64,000 nt of DNA, from assembly GCA_003252295.1 (NCBI GenBank), contig QKEV01000017.1, positions 34,931 to 98,930 of the forward strand, written 5' to 3'. Origin of the DNA: a bacterium. GTDB lineage: Bacteria; Patescibacteriota; Minisyncoccia; Phycocordibacterales; UBA12088. Under the pieces are notes generated by a model. The model saw nothing but the letters and a program-made list of their open reading frames with translations. It made no database searches and was not told the DNA's origin. Positions 41,266 through 50,401 of the stretch are shown in pieces; the first letter of the stretch is position 1, and each line of letters starts with the position of its first letter. Both the position numbers and the translations under genes were made by a program.

Positions 41266-42792
41266 CTATCGAGCGTACTCTACTGCTCTATTCTCTCGTA
41301 TCACTGCAACCTTTATTTCTCCAGGATACTTGAGCTCTTGCTCTATACGCACTGCAATGCTTCGAGCAAGGTTACGTGCTTCGAGGTCACTCACCTTCTC
41401 AGGGTGTACAAAGATACGAACCTCACGTCCTGCTGAAATAGCATAGCTCTTCTCTACTCCATCAAAGCTATTTGCTATATTCTCCAAATCTTTCAAACGT
41501 TTTAGGTAGTTTTCAACTGAATCACGTCGCGCACCAGGCCGTCCTCCTGAAATAGAGTCAGCTACCTGCACAATAATAGACTCAGGTGTTTGGTATGGAT
41601 ACTCTTCATGGTGTGCTTCCATTGCCTGAATGATCTTTTCATCAACCCCAAACTTCTGAAGTATCCTTCGTCCTATTTCAACATGCGTGCCCTGTACATC
41701 ATGATCTACTGCTTTTCCTATATCATGCACAAGCGCTCCAGCTTTCGCTACCTGCACATCAGCCTTGAGCTCTTCAGCAAGCAATCCTGCAATATGCGCC
41801 ATTTCAATCGAGTGTTGCAACACATTTTGACCATACGAGGTACGGAAGTGGAGGCGTCCAAGCACCATGAGTGCCCGAGTGTCGAGGTTTACCACCCCTA
41901 CCTCATATGCAGCCTGTTCAGCTTTTTCCTTGATAATTCGATTTATATCATCAGTTGCTTTCTGTACCTGTTCTTCTATTTTTGCAGGTTGAATACGACC
42001 ATCAATAATAAGGTTTTCAAGTGCAACTCTCGCTATTTGCCTGCGAACAGGATCAAAACAGGAAAGGGTAATGAGTCCCGGTGTATCATCAATGAGTACA
42101 TCAACGCCTGTTGCACGCTCAAATGCACGGATATTTCTTCCCTCCTTACCAATGATCTTTCCTTTTATATCTTCATTTGGAAGGGCGATTGAGGTAGTGA
42201 GAACATCCGTAGTAACCGCATTACCAAGACGGTGTATTGCTGTAGTGAGTATATCCTGAGCCTTACGCTCCAACTTCTCCTCACCCACACGATCAAGTTT
42301 TTGCAAACGCACCGCAATATCTTCAGTACTCTCCTCCTCAATACGAGAAATGAGTTCCTCTTTTGCATCTTCTTTTGAGAGCTGTGCTATACGTTCAATC
42401 TCAGACTCAACACCTGCTTTAAGTTCATCAACACGTGCTTTCACTGTATGCACCTCTTCGATCTTCTTCTTTATCTGCTCAACCTCCTTGTCGAGATCCT
42501 GTTGACGCTTGTCGAGAAACTCTTCTCGATCTAGAATACGCGACTCAGATTTCTTAATAAACTCCTGTTTCTCTTTGACTTCTTCTTCGTATACTTTTCT
42601 TTTATCTTCTATCTTTTGCTCTCCCTCCTCCTCTATTTTTTTTGCTTTTTCTTTTGCCTCAAGCATCATTTGCTTGATCTCGAGCTCCATTGAGCCCTTT
42701 TTACCTGCTGCAACAATGTAACGCAGGTAGTAGCCAACAGCACCCCCAATGAGGGCACCGACAATTGCTACGATTGGTGTTAGTGGCGACAT
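41266..42792 (-). CDS. rny: Ribonuclease Y
   Basis: N-terminal TM, coiled coil, KH (KGKIIGKEGRNIR), HD (HDIGKA), SGGRPGAR. Confidence 0.98.
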   Translation of the reverse strand: MSPLTPIVAIVGALIGGAVGYYLRYIVAAGKKGSMELEIKQMMLEAKEKAKKIEEEGEQKIEDKRKVYEEEVKEKQEFIKKSESRILDREEFLDKRQQDLDKEVEQIKKKIEEVHTVKARVDELKAGVESEIERIAQLSKEDAKEELISRIEEESTEDIAVRLQKLDRVGEEKLERKAQDILTTAIHRLGNAVTTDVLTTSIALPNEDIKGKIIGKEGRNIRAFERATGVDVLIDDTPGLITLSCFDPVRRQIARVALENLIIDGRIQPAKIEEQVQKATDDINRIIKEKAEQAAYEVGVVNLDTRALMVLGRLHFRTSYGQNVLQHSIEMAHIAGLLAEELKADVQVAKAGALVHDIGKAVDHDVQGTHVEIGRRILQKFGVDEKIIQAMEAHHEEYPYQTPESIIVQVADSISGGRPGARRDSVENYLKRLKDLENIANSFDGVEKSYAISAGREVRIFVHPEKVSDLEARNLARSIAVRIEQELKYPGEIKVAVIRENRAVEYAR

Positions 42793-42801
42793 AGTATTTT
42801 T

Positions 42802-42941
42802 TCCCGTGCCGTCGCAGGTCTAAATGCTTTGAATTACAATAGTTATTTCAGAAATACTGCAAGCTCAACAGGAGTGCTTCCTTGGTAAGATCGTAAAAAA
42901 CTGTATTTCTTAAGCGGTGAAAACATGCGGTCGAAACGGAA
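42802..42941 (-). ncRNA. 6S RNA-like rod upstream of rny (candidate)
   Basis: Closing stem CCGU...CGCAUGUUU / AGACCUGCG...ACGG, asymmetric A/U-rich central bubble, inner stem AGAAAUAC/GUAUUUCU. Confidence 0.35.
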
Positions 42942-43061
42942 TCGGTACATTAATTCAATAAATTTATCATTACATCCGTTGCTCGCATTGTAGCAAAAAA
43001 AACAAAAATTGCACACAAAAAAACAAGCCACTTATACAAGTGGCTTGTTTTGTTTTCATTT

Positions 43062-43247
43062 CTACTCAGTTACCGTATCTTCCTCTTCTGGCATTTCCAT
43101 TGCAGGAGCTTCTGTTTCTTCCATAACTGGAGCTTCTTCCATCACTGGTGCTGCCGCTTCGGTTGCTTCTTCTTCAACTGGCATATCATCTGCTACTGGA
43201 GCATCTACTACTGCATCGTCTTTTGGGGTGTCATCATGTCCAAACAT
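43062..43247 (-). CDS. Small acidic low-complexity protein
   Basis: 61 aa, D/E/A/P/V/M-rich with APVMEE repeats; followed by terminator AAAACAAGCCACTT/AAGTGGCTTGTTTT. Confidence 0.55.
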   Translation of the reverse strand: MFGHDDTPKDDAVVDAPVADDMPVEEEATEAAAPVMEEAPVMEETEAPAMEMPEEEDTVTE

Positions 43248-43416
43248 AGTATTGTTGTTTTGTTACCTTTGTAAACAAATACATCCTCACATGACATTCG
43301 AACAACCCGCCACATAAGGACATATAACACTAAAAGGCACATCAGTGCCTCCCAGTAACTATTAGTATACATGCATTACTAGCAATGAGTAGCTACTATG
43401 TGTGTATAACTAAATT

Positions 43417-44502
43417 CTACTTTGCCATGTGTACTGTAGTAGTAGGGTAGGCAAACTCTATCCCCTCTTCTGCAAATTTTTCAAACAACTTGAAGTTAAT
43501 CTCTTGCTGTCTATCCATAAACACCTTGTAGTCTGCGTCCTGTACCTGATACACGCAAGCAAAATCAAGTGATGAGTCACCAAACCCTTTGAAGTGGGCA
43601 CGACTAAATTCAACCCCATCCACTGATTCAACAATCTTCTGCACCATATCCGGGATACGTCGCAACATCTCTGGTTTTGTCTCGTAAAGTACACCAAAAG
43701 CAAGATCGCCACGTCTTGTCTCCATCACCTTATAGTTCTGTATTCTTGCTGCTGTAAGCTCTTGATTTGAAAGCACCACCTCTTCTCCGGTTACTGACTC
43801 TAATCGTGTTGATTTAACACCGATCTGCTTTACCGTTCCTGCAGTGGTACCTGTTTGAATGAAATCACCTACTCGAAACGGTTTATCAAAGTAGAGCGAA
43901 AACGAACTGAAGAGGTCAGAGAGTATACCCTGTAGAGCAAACGCTATAGCAATACCTGCAACTCCAGCACCTGCCATGAGTGAGGTGACGTTTATACCAA
44001 AATTTGATAGCACCATGAGTATACCAAGCACCCATATAACACCTTTCGAAAGATTTGCTATAAGGTGAATAGCAGACTTAGTAGTTTCATCGTCTTCTTC
44101 GGCGAAGTGTTTAAAGGCAATATCCTCAACAAGAATTCCGACAATAACGACTGCTTGATACACGAGCCAAAGTACTAGTACAGCAGTAATTACACTATCT
44201 GCCGTACCATAAACATTGATAAACCGAAGCGCAAACCAGAAAGAGAGGAGAAGATAGAACGGTGGTGTAAAACTCCGTACCATTTTTACAAATACATCAT
44301 CTAGGTTTGTTTCTGTCTTCTTCGAGAGAAACGCAAGCCAAGAAAGTGCAAAGTACTGAACAAGAGCAAATATCGCTAAACCAAAAAGGAAAACAGTGAA
44401 TGAAAGCGCGTAGTCGCCTACTGAGTTTCCAAATAGTACTGTTGAGCTATCAACAGAGAAATACGCTAAAAAGCGCTCTACGTAAAGTGTAAGCTGTTCC
44501 AT
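43417..44502 (-). CDS. Small-conductance mechanosensitive channel (MscS family)
   Basis: GAGVAGIAIAFALQGILSDLF, DKPFRVGDFI, FGDSSLDF, GIEFAYPT. Confidence 0.95.
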   Translation of the reverse strand: MEQLTLYVERFLAYFSVDSSTVLFGNSVGDYALSFTVFLFGLAIFALVQYFALSWLAFLSKKTETNLDDVFVKMVRSFTPPFYLLLSFWFALRFINVYGTADSVITAVLVLWLVYQAVVIVGILVEDIAFKHFAEEDDETTKSAIHLIANLSKGVIWVLGILMVLSNFGINVTSLMAGAGVAGIAIAFALQGILSDLFSSFSLYFDKPFRVGDFIQTGTTAGTVKQIGVKSTRLESVTGEEVVLSNQELTAARIQNYKVMETRRGDLAFGVLYETKPEMLRRIPDMVQKIVESVDGVEFSRAHFKGFGDSSLDFACVYQVQDADYKVFMDRQQEINFKLFEKFAEEGIEFAYPTTTVHMAK

Positions 44503-44543
44503 ATATTCGGAGTATAGCACGTAATCAAGTGTGACTACGTGTT

Positions 44544-46412
44544 CTACTCATTCTCTCCCACATCATCTCCTGTAGCAGGTTCACCTTCTTCTTCCTTACT
44601 TACCGCATCTCCAAGCACTTCAGTTTGTACCAAGTCCCATGGTATCTCAACACCATTTAGGTATACATGACCAAGCTGCACATCTTCTGGTGCCTCAATA
44701 CTCGCTGAATAACTCTTCTCTGTTTGGACCTGTAAGCATCCAACCTCATCTTCATTACTGTCGATTGTTATAGCAAGTGACACTACACCATCCTCTTCTG
44801 AGGCAACAGTACCAACAACATGGCACGGGGTCTCAAGTTCTAAACTTCCTGTGTATGTGTGTACACCCTCAGTGTAGGTATGCGTGAGTACATACCTCTG
44901 CTCTTCCGTTGTCTCATCAGCTTGTACATCAGTAGTTTCTTCTTGTGGTGTGTCAGTAATTTGTTCACCTTTTTCTTCAATCTCTCCTTCTAATGTCTCT
45001 ATGGTACGCTGTATCAACTTTAGCGCCTTTGTGAAGAGTTCTTCTGCATCGTCGTAATCCTCTAACACAAATGCTATGTCTCCACGAAGTTGGTAAGCAA
45101 CCGCATCTTTTATATGAGCATTTACCTGTTCAACAGTACTCACCTCGAAACCATTTTTTGTGAGAAGCAGTGTACGAGCATGCTGTATATCCGCTTCCAC
45201 TTCAGCACGAAGCTGTGTAAGTTCTGCAACATGTTCATCGACAAACTCTGTATCTTCTTCACCCTCACCTGTCGTCACAGTCTCATCCTCCTGAACACCC
45301 TCTTCTACCACCTGTACTTCTTCAATACTTTCATCCTCCATCCGCACCGTTGTGTCTTCAGATGGATATATCTGTACAGAAAATAGCTTTGCCACCTCTA
45401 AAAGCTGTACCACCTTTTGCAAGAGTGCTACAGCCTCCCTATAGACACTGTACGCATCCGAGTAGTTGTACTCTCCAAGTGCAGTATTCCCTTCTGCAAG
45501 CAACACCTTCCCATGTTCGATCTGTGCTGATACCTGCATACCCGTCTCAGAGGATGGATCTAGTTCTCCATAAAGATTCTCAGCATTTTCAAGCAACTCG
45601 AACACTCGAGCTTGAGCACGATACGTTGCACGTACACGCATGTTAGCAGAGTTGATACCGTCCTCATCTACAGGTGCAGTAACATCATCTGTACCTTCAG
45701 TTCCCTCAACTCCTTCTTTTTCAGTCGTCCCTATTTTCTCCTCTGCATCCTCACGTATCTTCCCCACCTCCATAGCTGCAGTACGGACCTGCTCTACTAG
45801 TTCGATAGAACTTTCCTGCGGTTCATCTTCTGATTCAACAATGAGTCGAGCAAGTACTGCTTCATGTGCATCAAGTGATTCTTCAAACTCACTTGATGCC
45901 TCTGCTGCAAGTACTGGGTCTGTTGCTTCATATGCAAGCACCTGTTCAACCACTGCCTCAGTATGCTCAGCAAACAATTTTGATACTTGCTCACGTGCAT
46001 CATCATCTAGTTTTCCTTCAGCAGCAAGCTGACTCGCTTCAACGAGTCGTCGTTTTGCACGTTCCTGTTCCCAAGCCATACGGTCTGCTTCATTGAGAAA
46101 TGCTGTTTTTACCTCCTCATTTATATTTACCTTTACTCCGTAGAGTAAATCTCCTGGAAGCGCATCACCTGCCGCGAAAGAAACACCGAACGTGCTAGTG
46201 GTAAGTACCGTAGCAATAACAAGGGCTCCAGAAACATGATGCATACGAAAAAATGGCAAGAATGATGGTTTGCTTACCTGTGTATCTACTGAAGATCGTA
46301 TAGGTTTGTACTCCATGTAGGAGACAATTGACTCACGCATACGAGCTTTGTCACTCTCTTCTAGTTTTACGTATTCTGTTCCTCTTTGGAACTGTGCTTC
46401 TAATTTTTTCAT
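44544..46412 (-). CDS. Putative anti-sigma factor (DUF5667-like) with acidic extracellular region
   Basis: Abuts ECF sigma; single TM then ALPGDLLYGVK...E...RRLVEA. Confidence 0.8.
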   Translation of the reverse strand: MKKLEAQFQRGTEYVKLEESDKARMRESIVSYMEYKPIRSSVDTQVSKPSFLPFFRMHHVSGALVIATVLTTSTFGVSFAAGDALPGDLLYGVKVNINEEVKTAFLNEADRMAWEQERAKRRLVEASQLAAEGKLDDDAREQVSKLFAEHTEAVVEQVLAYEATDPVLAAEASSEFEESLDAHEAVLARLIVESEDEPQESSIELVEQVRTAAMEVGKIREDAEEKIGTTEKEGVEGTEGTDDVTAPVDEDGINSANMRVRATYRAQARVFELLENAENLYGELDPSSETGMQVSAQIEHGKVLLAEGNTALGEYNYSDAYSVYREAVALLQKVVQLLEVAKLFSVQIYPSEDTTVRMEDESIEEVQVVEEGVQEDETVTTGEGEEDTEFVDEHVAELTQLRAEVEADIQHARTLLLTKNGFEVSTVEQVNAHIKDAVAYQLRGDIAFVLEDYDDAEELFTKALKLIQRTIETLEGEIEEKGEQITDTPQEETTDVQADETTEEQRYVLTHTYTEGVHTYTGSLELETPCHVVGTVASEEDGVVSLAITIDSNEDEVGCLQVQTEKSYSASIEAPEDVQLGHVYLNGVEIPWDLVQTEVLGDAVSKEEEGEPATGDDVGENE

Positions 46413-46937
46413 TTATCTTTTTCCTAATTGGTCTACGTTTTCACTCAACCAAGCAATCCCCCTATGAATCCTTACTGAAATAGTGTTTACCGGAACTCCG
46501 AGCACCTCTGCAATCTCACGAGGCATAAGCCCATCAACAAACCGCATCACAATGACTTCTCTGTGTGTGTCAGGCATCTTTTCAATAAGTCTTGGCACGT
46601 CACGAGCGTCTATTGAAAACTCTAGTTCCTCTCTACTACCCTCAACCAACTCTGCAAACGCTCCCTCCGGGACTTCACTTTCGTCTAAAAGTGCATCAAG
46701 TGATTCTGTTTTCTTCTTCCTGTACTCGTCTATTATGAGGTGATTTAAGGTGCGGTAGAGAAATGGTTTGTAGTTTTCTACTGTATTTCCCTTAACTAGG
46801 TAGTCCCACGTCTTCGTGAACACATCTGAAACAATGTCCTTCGCGCGCTCAGGATCAGAAACACGAAAATAGCAATGCCTATAGAGCGCATCTGCATATT
46901 TGTCGAATGCTTCTAAATAGGCTTTTTCGTGTTTCAT
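46413..46937 (-). CDS. ECF RNA polymerase sigma factor
   Basis: Region 2 (AKDIVSDVFTKTW, FLYRTLNHLIIDEYRK) and region 4 (REVIVMRF...EIAEVLG...TISVRIHRG). Confidence 0.95.
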   Translation of the reverse strand: MKHEKAYLEAFDKYADALYRHCYFRVSDPERAKDIVSDVFTKTWDYLVKGNTVENYKPFLYRTLNHLIIDEYRKKKTESLDALLDESEVPEGAFAELVEGSREELEFSIDARDVPRLIEKMPDTHREVIVMRFVDGLMPREIAEVLGVPVNTISVRIHRGIAWLSENVDQLGKR

Positions 46938-46957
46938 TTGTTACCACCTTGTTACTG

Positions 46958-46984
46958 GAGACGGATAATAGTGTCATCTCTTAC
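46958..46984 (-). promoter_or_regulatory. Putative ECF autoregulatory promoter
   Basis: GTAAG-N16-CGTCTC about 20 nt upstream of the sigma ATG. Confidence 0.55.
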
Positions 46985-47045
46985 GACCTTGTGGAAATAA
47001 CCACAAAATGACTAAGTATTCTATATGTTCTACTAGAATGCATAC

Positions 47046-47654
47046 TTACGCAAGGTTTTTCAACATTGCAACCATTTCAGGAAAAGTATCACCCAAAAAA
47101 TGTCCTCTGTTAGGGAGAGTAATATATTGTGCATCAGGCACCATTTCTTTAAAAATGGCTTGGTTGTCAAATGAAACAACAGGGTCATCCTCACTATGGA
47201 AAAATACGACCTTTTCAGCATTTTCGGTCAATACCCCCAAATTACCTTTCAAAGTAAAGCTATTTTGTTCATCTTTTAGCACCTTTGAACTAAGGTGCTC
47301 TGGAGCAACCAAAAAGAGTCCAGGAACTGGTGCTGTAAGTATCACCTCTGAGTAGTACTTTACGAGAAACATAGCACCAAGCGAATGTCCAACAAAAATA
47401 GGCATCTCATCAATAGTACTCAGAACACGCTCAAACCACAGCTTCCATAGCTCATAAGTTGCATTGTCTGCTATAGGCATTCTTGGTAAAAAAACCTCAA
47501 AAGCACCATCAAGTTGCATCTCCAAAGTAGCCTTCCAATCGACCCTTGATTTCATTCGATCAAGATACACTTCTCGAGTCTTGAGACTTTCCAAGTATGC
47601 CTCTGGTGATGGGTACGTGTCCCCTCCATGTATTACAAGTAGTTTTTTTGACAT
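47046..47654 (-). CDS. Alpha/beta hydrolase (RBBP9/YdeN family)
   Basis: VIHGG, GHSLG, HSEDDPVV, RGHF. Confidence 0.9.
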   Translation of the reverse strand: MSKKLLVIHGGDTYPSPEAYLESLKTREVYLDRMKSRVDWKATLEMQLDGAFEVFLPRMPIADNATYELWKLWFERVLSTIDEMPIFVGHSLGAMFLVKYYSEVILTAPVPGLFLVAPEHLSSKVLKDEQNSFTLKGNLGVLTENAEKVVFFHSEDDPVVSFDNQAIFKEMVPDAQYITLPNRGHFLGDTFPEMVAMLKNLA

Positions 47655-47670
47655 GACATTTTTATTTACA

Positions 47671-47994
47671 TTACACACCCTCCTCTAAACAAGCGGGATG
47701 CAAAAACGGTATCGTGTTTCTACTATACTCCTTCACGAGTCCTGCAGTCACACTCATAACACCAAAGAGTAACGAGAGCACGAGCGCAAAACCAAGTTTC
47801 TTTAAGTATTTTCTTCCACCTAACGAAAAGTACATTATGAGGATCATTACACAGAGGATCGATAGGAATACTGAGACGAGTATCCCAAAACCTATGAGCA
47901 CTTTTGCTGGATCACTACAAACTTCCTCCTGCGCAAAAGTTACGTATGGAAAAGATAAAAGTACTACAAAAAACCAAGGTCGACACCTTCTCAT
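47671..47994 (-). CDS. Small membrane protein (signal peptide + TM hairpin)
   Basis: TFA-Q signal site, two TMs joined by YFSLGGRKYLKK, flanking Cys. Confidence 0.55.
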   Translation of the reverse strand: MRRCRPWFFVVLLSFPYVTFAQEEVCSDPAKVLIGFGILVSVFLSILCVMILIMYFSLGGRKYLKKLGFALVLSLLFGVMSVTAGLVKEYSRNTIPFLHPACLEEGV

Positions 47995-48055
47995 AACTTA
48001 AAGAATAGCACGGAAGTACTATAATTTTAGTGTAAATAGTGTGTGCAACGTACCA

Positions 48056-48358
48056 CTAAGACAACCCAACACTACATGCTTCTATACTCAAAAAATATCC
48101 CAGTATTCCTAGTATCATTAAGATAGTAGTAACGTATAACATCTTGTACATATGTTTTCTGCCACCTCGAAGATAGTATACAACCGTCGACATGCCAACA
48201 ATGGAACACGCAATAGAAATAAATAGTGTGTTACCTGTAGCAAACACTTCCACAACACCACGCGAAGGAATGCATGCGGTCACAGCAGAACGATTTATCC
48301 CAAGCAGTGCAAAAAGAGTGAGTATAACCGCAACTATAAATTTATATGGTTTACCCAT
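48056..48358 (-). CDS. Small membrane protein, probable paralog of 47671..47994
   Basis: YYLRGGRKHMYK loop between TMs, flanking Cys. Confidence 0.55.
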   Translation of the reverse strand: MGKPYKFIVAVILTLFALLGINRSAVTACIPSRGVVEVFATGNTLFISIACSIVGMSTVVYYLRGGRKHMYKMLYVTTILMILGILGYFLSIEACSVGLS

Positions 48359-48459
48359 ATCGAAAGGATAACATAGACATCTTATATACAATGTTGAATG
48401 TAAACATGTATACGCCCTACAGAGAGGGCGTATTTTTTATGAATGCTTCAAGGGTAACA

Positions 48460-48669
48460 TCAGTCCTTAAGTACAATTCCAAAAAAAGCATTGCAACAGA
48501 GTGAAGGTATAAAGCCACACATGAAACCGATGATCAGGATACTTGGAAGTGGACTTGTTGAAATATCCTTCAGCATCTCCCACCCTAAATAGAGCACATA
48601 CCCACTTGCACTGAGAAATAATACAGCAATAAATACATTCTCCATATATTCACCTATTCTTCGCTTCAT
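48460..48669 (-). CDS. Small two-TM hypothetical protein
   Basis: GGGGGTG SD, hydrophobic. Confidence 0.45.
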   Translation of the reverse strand: MKRRIGEYMENVFIAVLFLSASGYVLYLGWEMLKDISTSPLPSILIIGFMCGFIPSLCCNAFFGIVLKD

Positions 48670-48785
48670 ACATCACCCCCTATACAAGTGTTAGTCTTTT
48701 CTGTTTCTACCTGTAAAAGTAGCATGTATTGCAACTTTGTGAAGGAGTACATTGACGTAACCACCACAACATGATTACATGCCTG

Positions 48786-48975
48786 TAGTGCCTGAAGGTG
48801 GTCCTCCAGTCCGGCTTCCACATGAAATAGACTGGTTTCTCATAACGATGTTCCGCGATCAGTGAGGAAAAAAACAGCGGTGAGTAGAAGGTTTAGTGGC
48901 AACAGTGTCCCTTCTACAGTTGTTACAGACACTATTGTCGCCCCGAGGTAAGCGCTCACCTCGGGGTTGTTTTTT
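48786..48975 (+). ncRNA. Candidate four-way-junction ncRNA with intrinsic terminator
   Basis: P1 48786-94/48926-34, P2 CCAGTC/GACTGG, P3 TTTCTCA/TGAGGAA, P4 GTAGAAGG/CCTTCTAC extended by AACAGC/GTTGTT; terminator CCCCGAGGT/ACCTCGGGG plus T-tract. Confidence 0.45.
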
Positions 48976-48977
48976 AA

Positions 48978-49008
48978 AAACACCCTGCGAATCACTTCGC
49001 AGGGTGTT
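48978..49008. repeat. 31-bp palindromic direct repeat, copy 1
   Basis: AAACACCCTGCGAATCACTTCGCAGGGTGTT, identical to 50036..50066. Confidence 0.9.
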
Positions 49009-49034
49009 GCATTTTCTTGTTTGTATCATCGAAC

Positions 49035-49616
49035 CTATGAACGCGCATGCTGCAGTGCTGTGCCCCACCACACCAACTGTTCTGTCATATCAGTAAGCGC
49101 TTTGTCATACGTATCCAGAGCACCTTCTTGTATGTTCCCCTCTTCATCAAGGAACAGCCAAGGTGCTTGGATATGTACTGCATTTCGTATTGGTGCCATC
49201 TGTAGCTCTACTGCCACCTGTCGCAGCTGCTCCACCACACGTCCACCACCAACACTACCGTAGGAAACAAAACCAACCGCCTTATTGTTCCACTCGCCAT
49301 ATATAGAATCAAGGGCATTCTTCAAGACTGCACTGTATCCATGATTGTATTCTGGTGCAACAACAATGAATGCATCAGCTTCACCTATTTTTGTAGCAAA
49401 CTCCCGAACCTCTTTCTTTGTGTAGTTACCGTCTTTCACGTATGCAGGACTGGCAGGTTCATCAAAAAATGGCAGGTTGCTATCTCGAAGATCGATTACT
49501 TCGTACGATATGTCTTTATATTCTTCCAAAGTATTGGTTATCCATGGGATAAGCTTTTCACTGAACCGACCCTCACGGGTACTCCCTAAAATCACTTTAA
49601 TGTGTAACATGGTCAT
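49035..49616 (-). CDS. NADPH-dependent FMN reductase
   Basis: ILGSTREGR, APEYNHGYSAVLKNALD, EWNNK, SYGSVGGGR. Confidence 0.93.
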   Translation of the reverse strand: MTMLHIKVILGSTREGRFSEKLIPWITNTLEEYKDISYEVIDLRDSNLPFFDEPASPAYVKDGNYTKKEVREFATKIGEADAFIVVAPEYNHGYSAVLKNALDSIYGEWNNKAVGFVSYGSVGGGRVVEQLRQVAVELQMAPIRNAVHIQAPWLFLDEEGNIQEGALDTYDKALTDMTEQLVWWGTALQHARS

Positions 49617-49655
49617 ATAGTTTAGTTTGTAAGTAACAAGTAGTGTAGTGCTATC

Positions 49656-49713
49656 ACTTTACTTTGTAAAGTAGATATACCAGTTGCAGTACAAATACTT
49701 TACTTTGTAAAGT
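49656..49713. promoter_or_regulatory. Two identical palindromic operators, probably for the HxlR regulator
   Basis: ACTTTAC-TTT-GTAAAGT at 49656-49672 and 49697-49713 between the divergent genes. Confidence 0.7.
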
Positions 49714-49739
49714 TATCAAAGTTTGGTATAGTAGCATAT

Positions 49740-50027
49740 ATGCCTAGCAAAGACTGCCCAATAACAAGAGTTGCGACACTGCTTTCTGATACTTGGACCA
49801 TACTCATTCTCCATGCACTTCGAGAGAGCCCGAAGCGTTTCTGCGAGCTTGAAAAATGGCTTGATGGTATTTCTACACGCACTCTCACCCTAAAACTCAA
49901 ACGACTCACTGGAGAAAAACTCATTCAAAAAAATGACACAGGGTACTATGAGGTGACACAAAAAGGAGCAGGTCTAAAGATTCTCGAAGATGCAATGATC
50001 AAGTACAGTAAGATGTACTTGAAGTAA
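49740..50027 (+). CDS. HxlR-family winged-helix regulator
   Basis: N-terminal CP, WTILILHAL, KRFCEL, GISTRTLTLKLK. Confidence 0.92.
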   Translation: MPSKDCPITRVATLLSDTWTILILHALRESPKRFCELEKWLDGISTRTLTLKLKRLTGEKLIQKNDTGYYEVTQKGAGLKILEDAMIKYSKMYLK

Positions 50028-50035
50028 AAGTTTTG

Positions 50036-50066
50036 AAACACCCTGCGAATCACTTCGCAGGGTGTT
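50036..50066. repeat. 31-bp palindromic direct repeat, copy 2 (bidirectional terminator)
   Basis: Identical to 48978..49008. Confidence 0.9.
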
Positions 50067-50076
50067 TTGTTTTCAG

Positions 50077-50190
50077 CTATTTGGAAGCGCTTGCCTTCCG
50101 TTCGCTTTTTGAATGAACTCTCTTCTGTTTTTTAGCCACCTTTCCTGGACGCGGAATGTTGTGTCCGCGCGTCACTGCCCCGAATGCCAT
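50077..50190 (-). CDS. Putative precursor peptide 2: MAFGAVTRGHNIPRPGKVAKKQKRVHSKSERKASASK (37 aa; not in ORF track)
   Basis: AAAAGGAG SD; N-terminus homologous to the upstream peptide; followed by terminator. Confidence 0.7.
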   Translation of the reverse strand: MAFGAVTRGHNIPRPGKVAKKQKRVHSKSERKASASK

Positions 50191-50207
50191 AGTGTCTCCT
50201 TTTGTAT

Positions 50208-50378
50208 TTACATGTTGATTTTACGTACACCAAGTTTACAGCCGGACGAGGTACAAAACACCCTTTTGTTGTTGCTGTGATTGCCATATTTCCTCCTTAC
50301 GGACTTACTTCTTCTTGATTGACTTCCTGTGGGCCTAGGTACAAAGTGACTCCTTGTTGCTACAGGTGCAAATGCCAT
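50208..50378 (-). CDS. Putative precursor peptide 1: MAFAPVATRSHFVPRPTG... (56 aa)
   Basis: AAGGAGG SD before ATG 50378; 23 nt downstream of the radical SAM stop. Confidence 0.7.
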   Translation of the reverse strand: MAFAPVATRSHFVPRPTGSQSRRSKSVRRKYGNHSNNKRVFCTSSGCKLGVRKINM

Positions 50379-50401
50379 ATCTCCCTCCTTATCCATAACA
50401 T

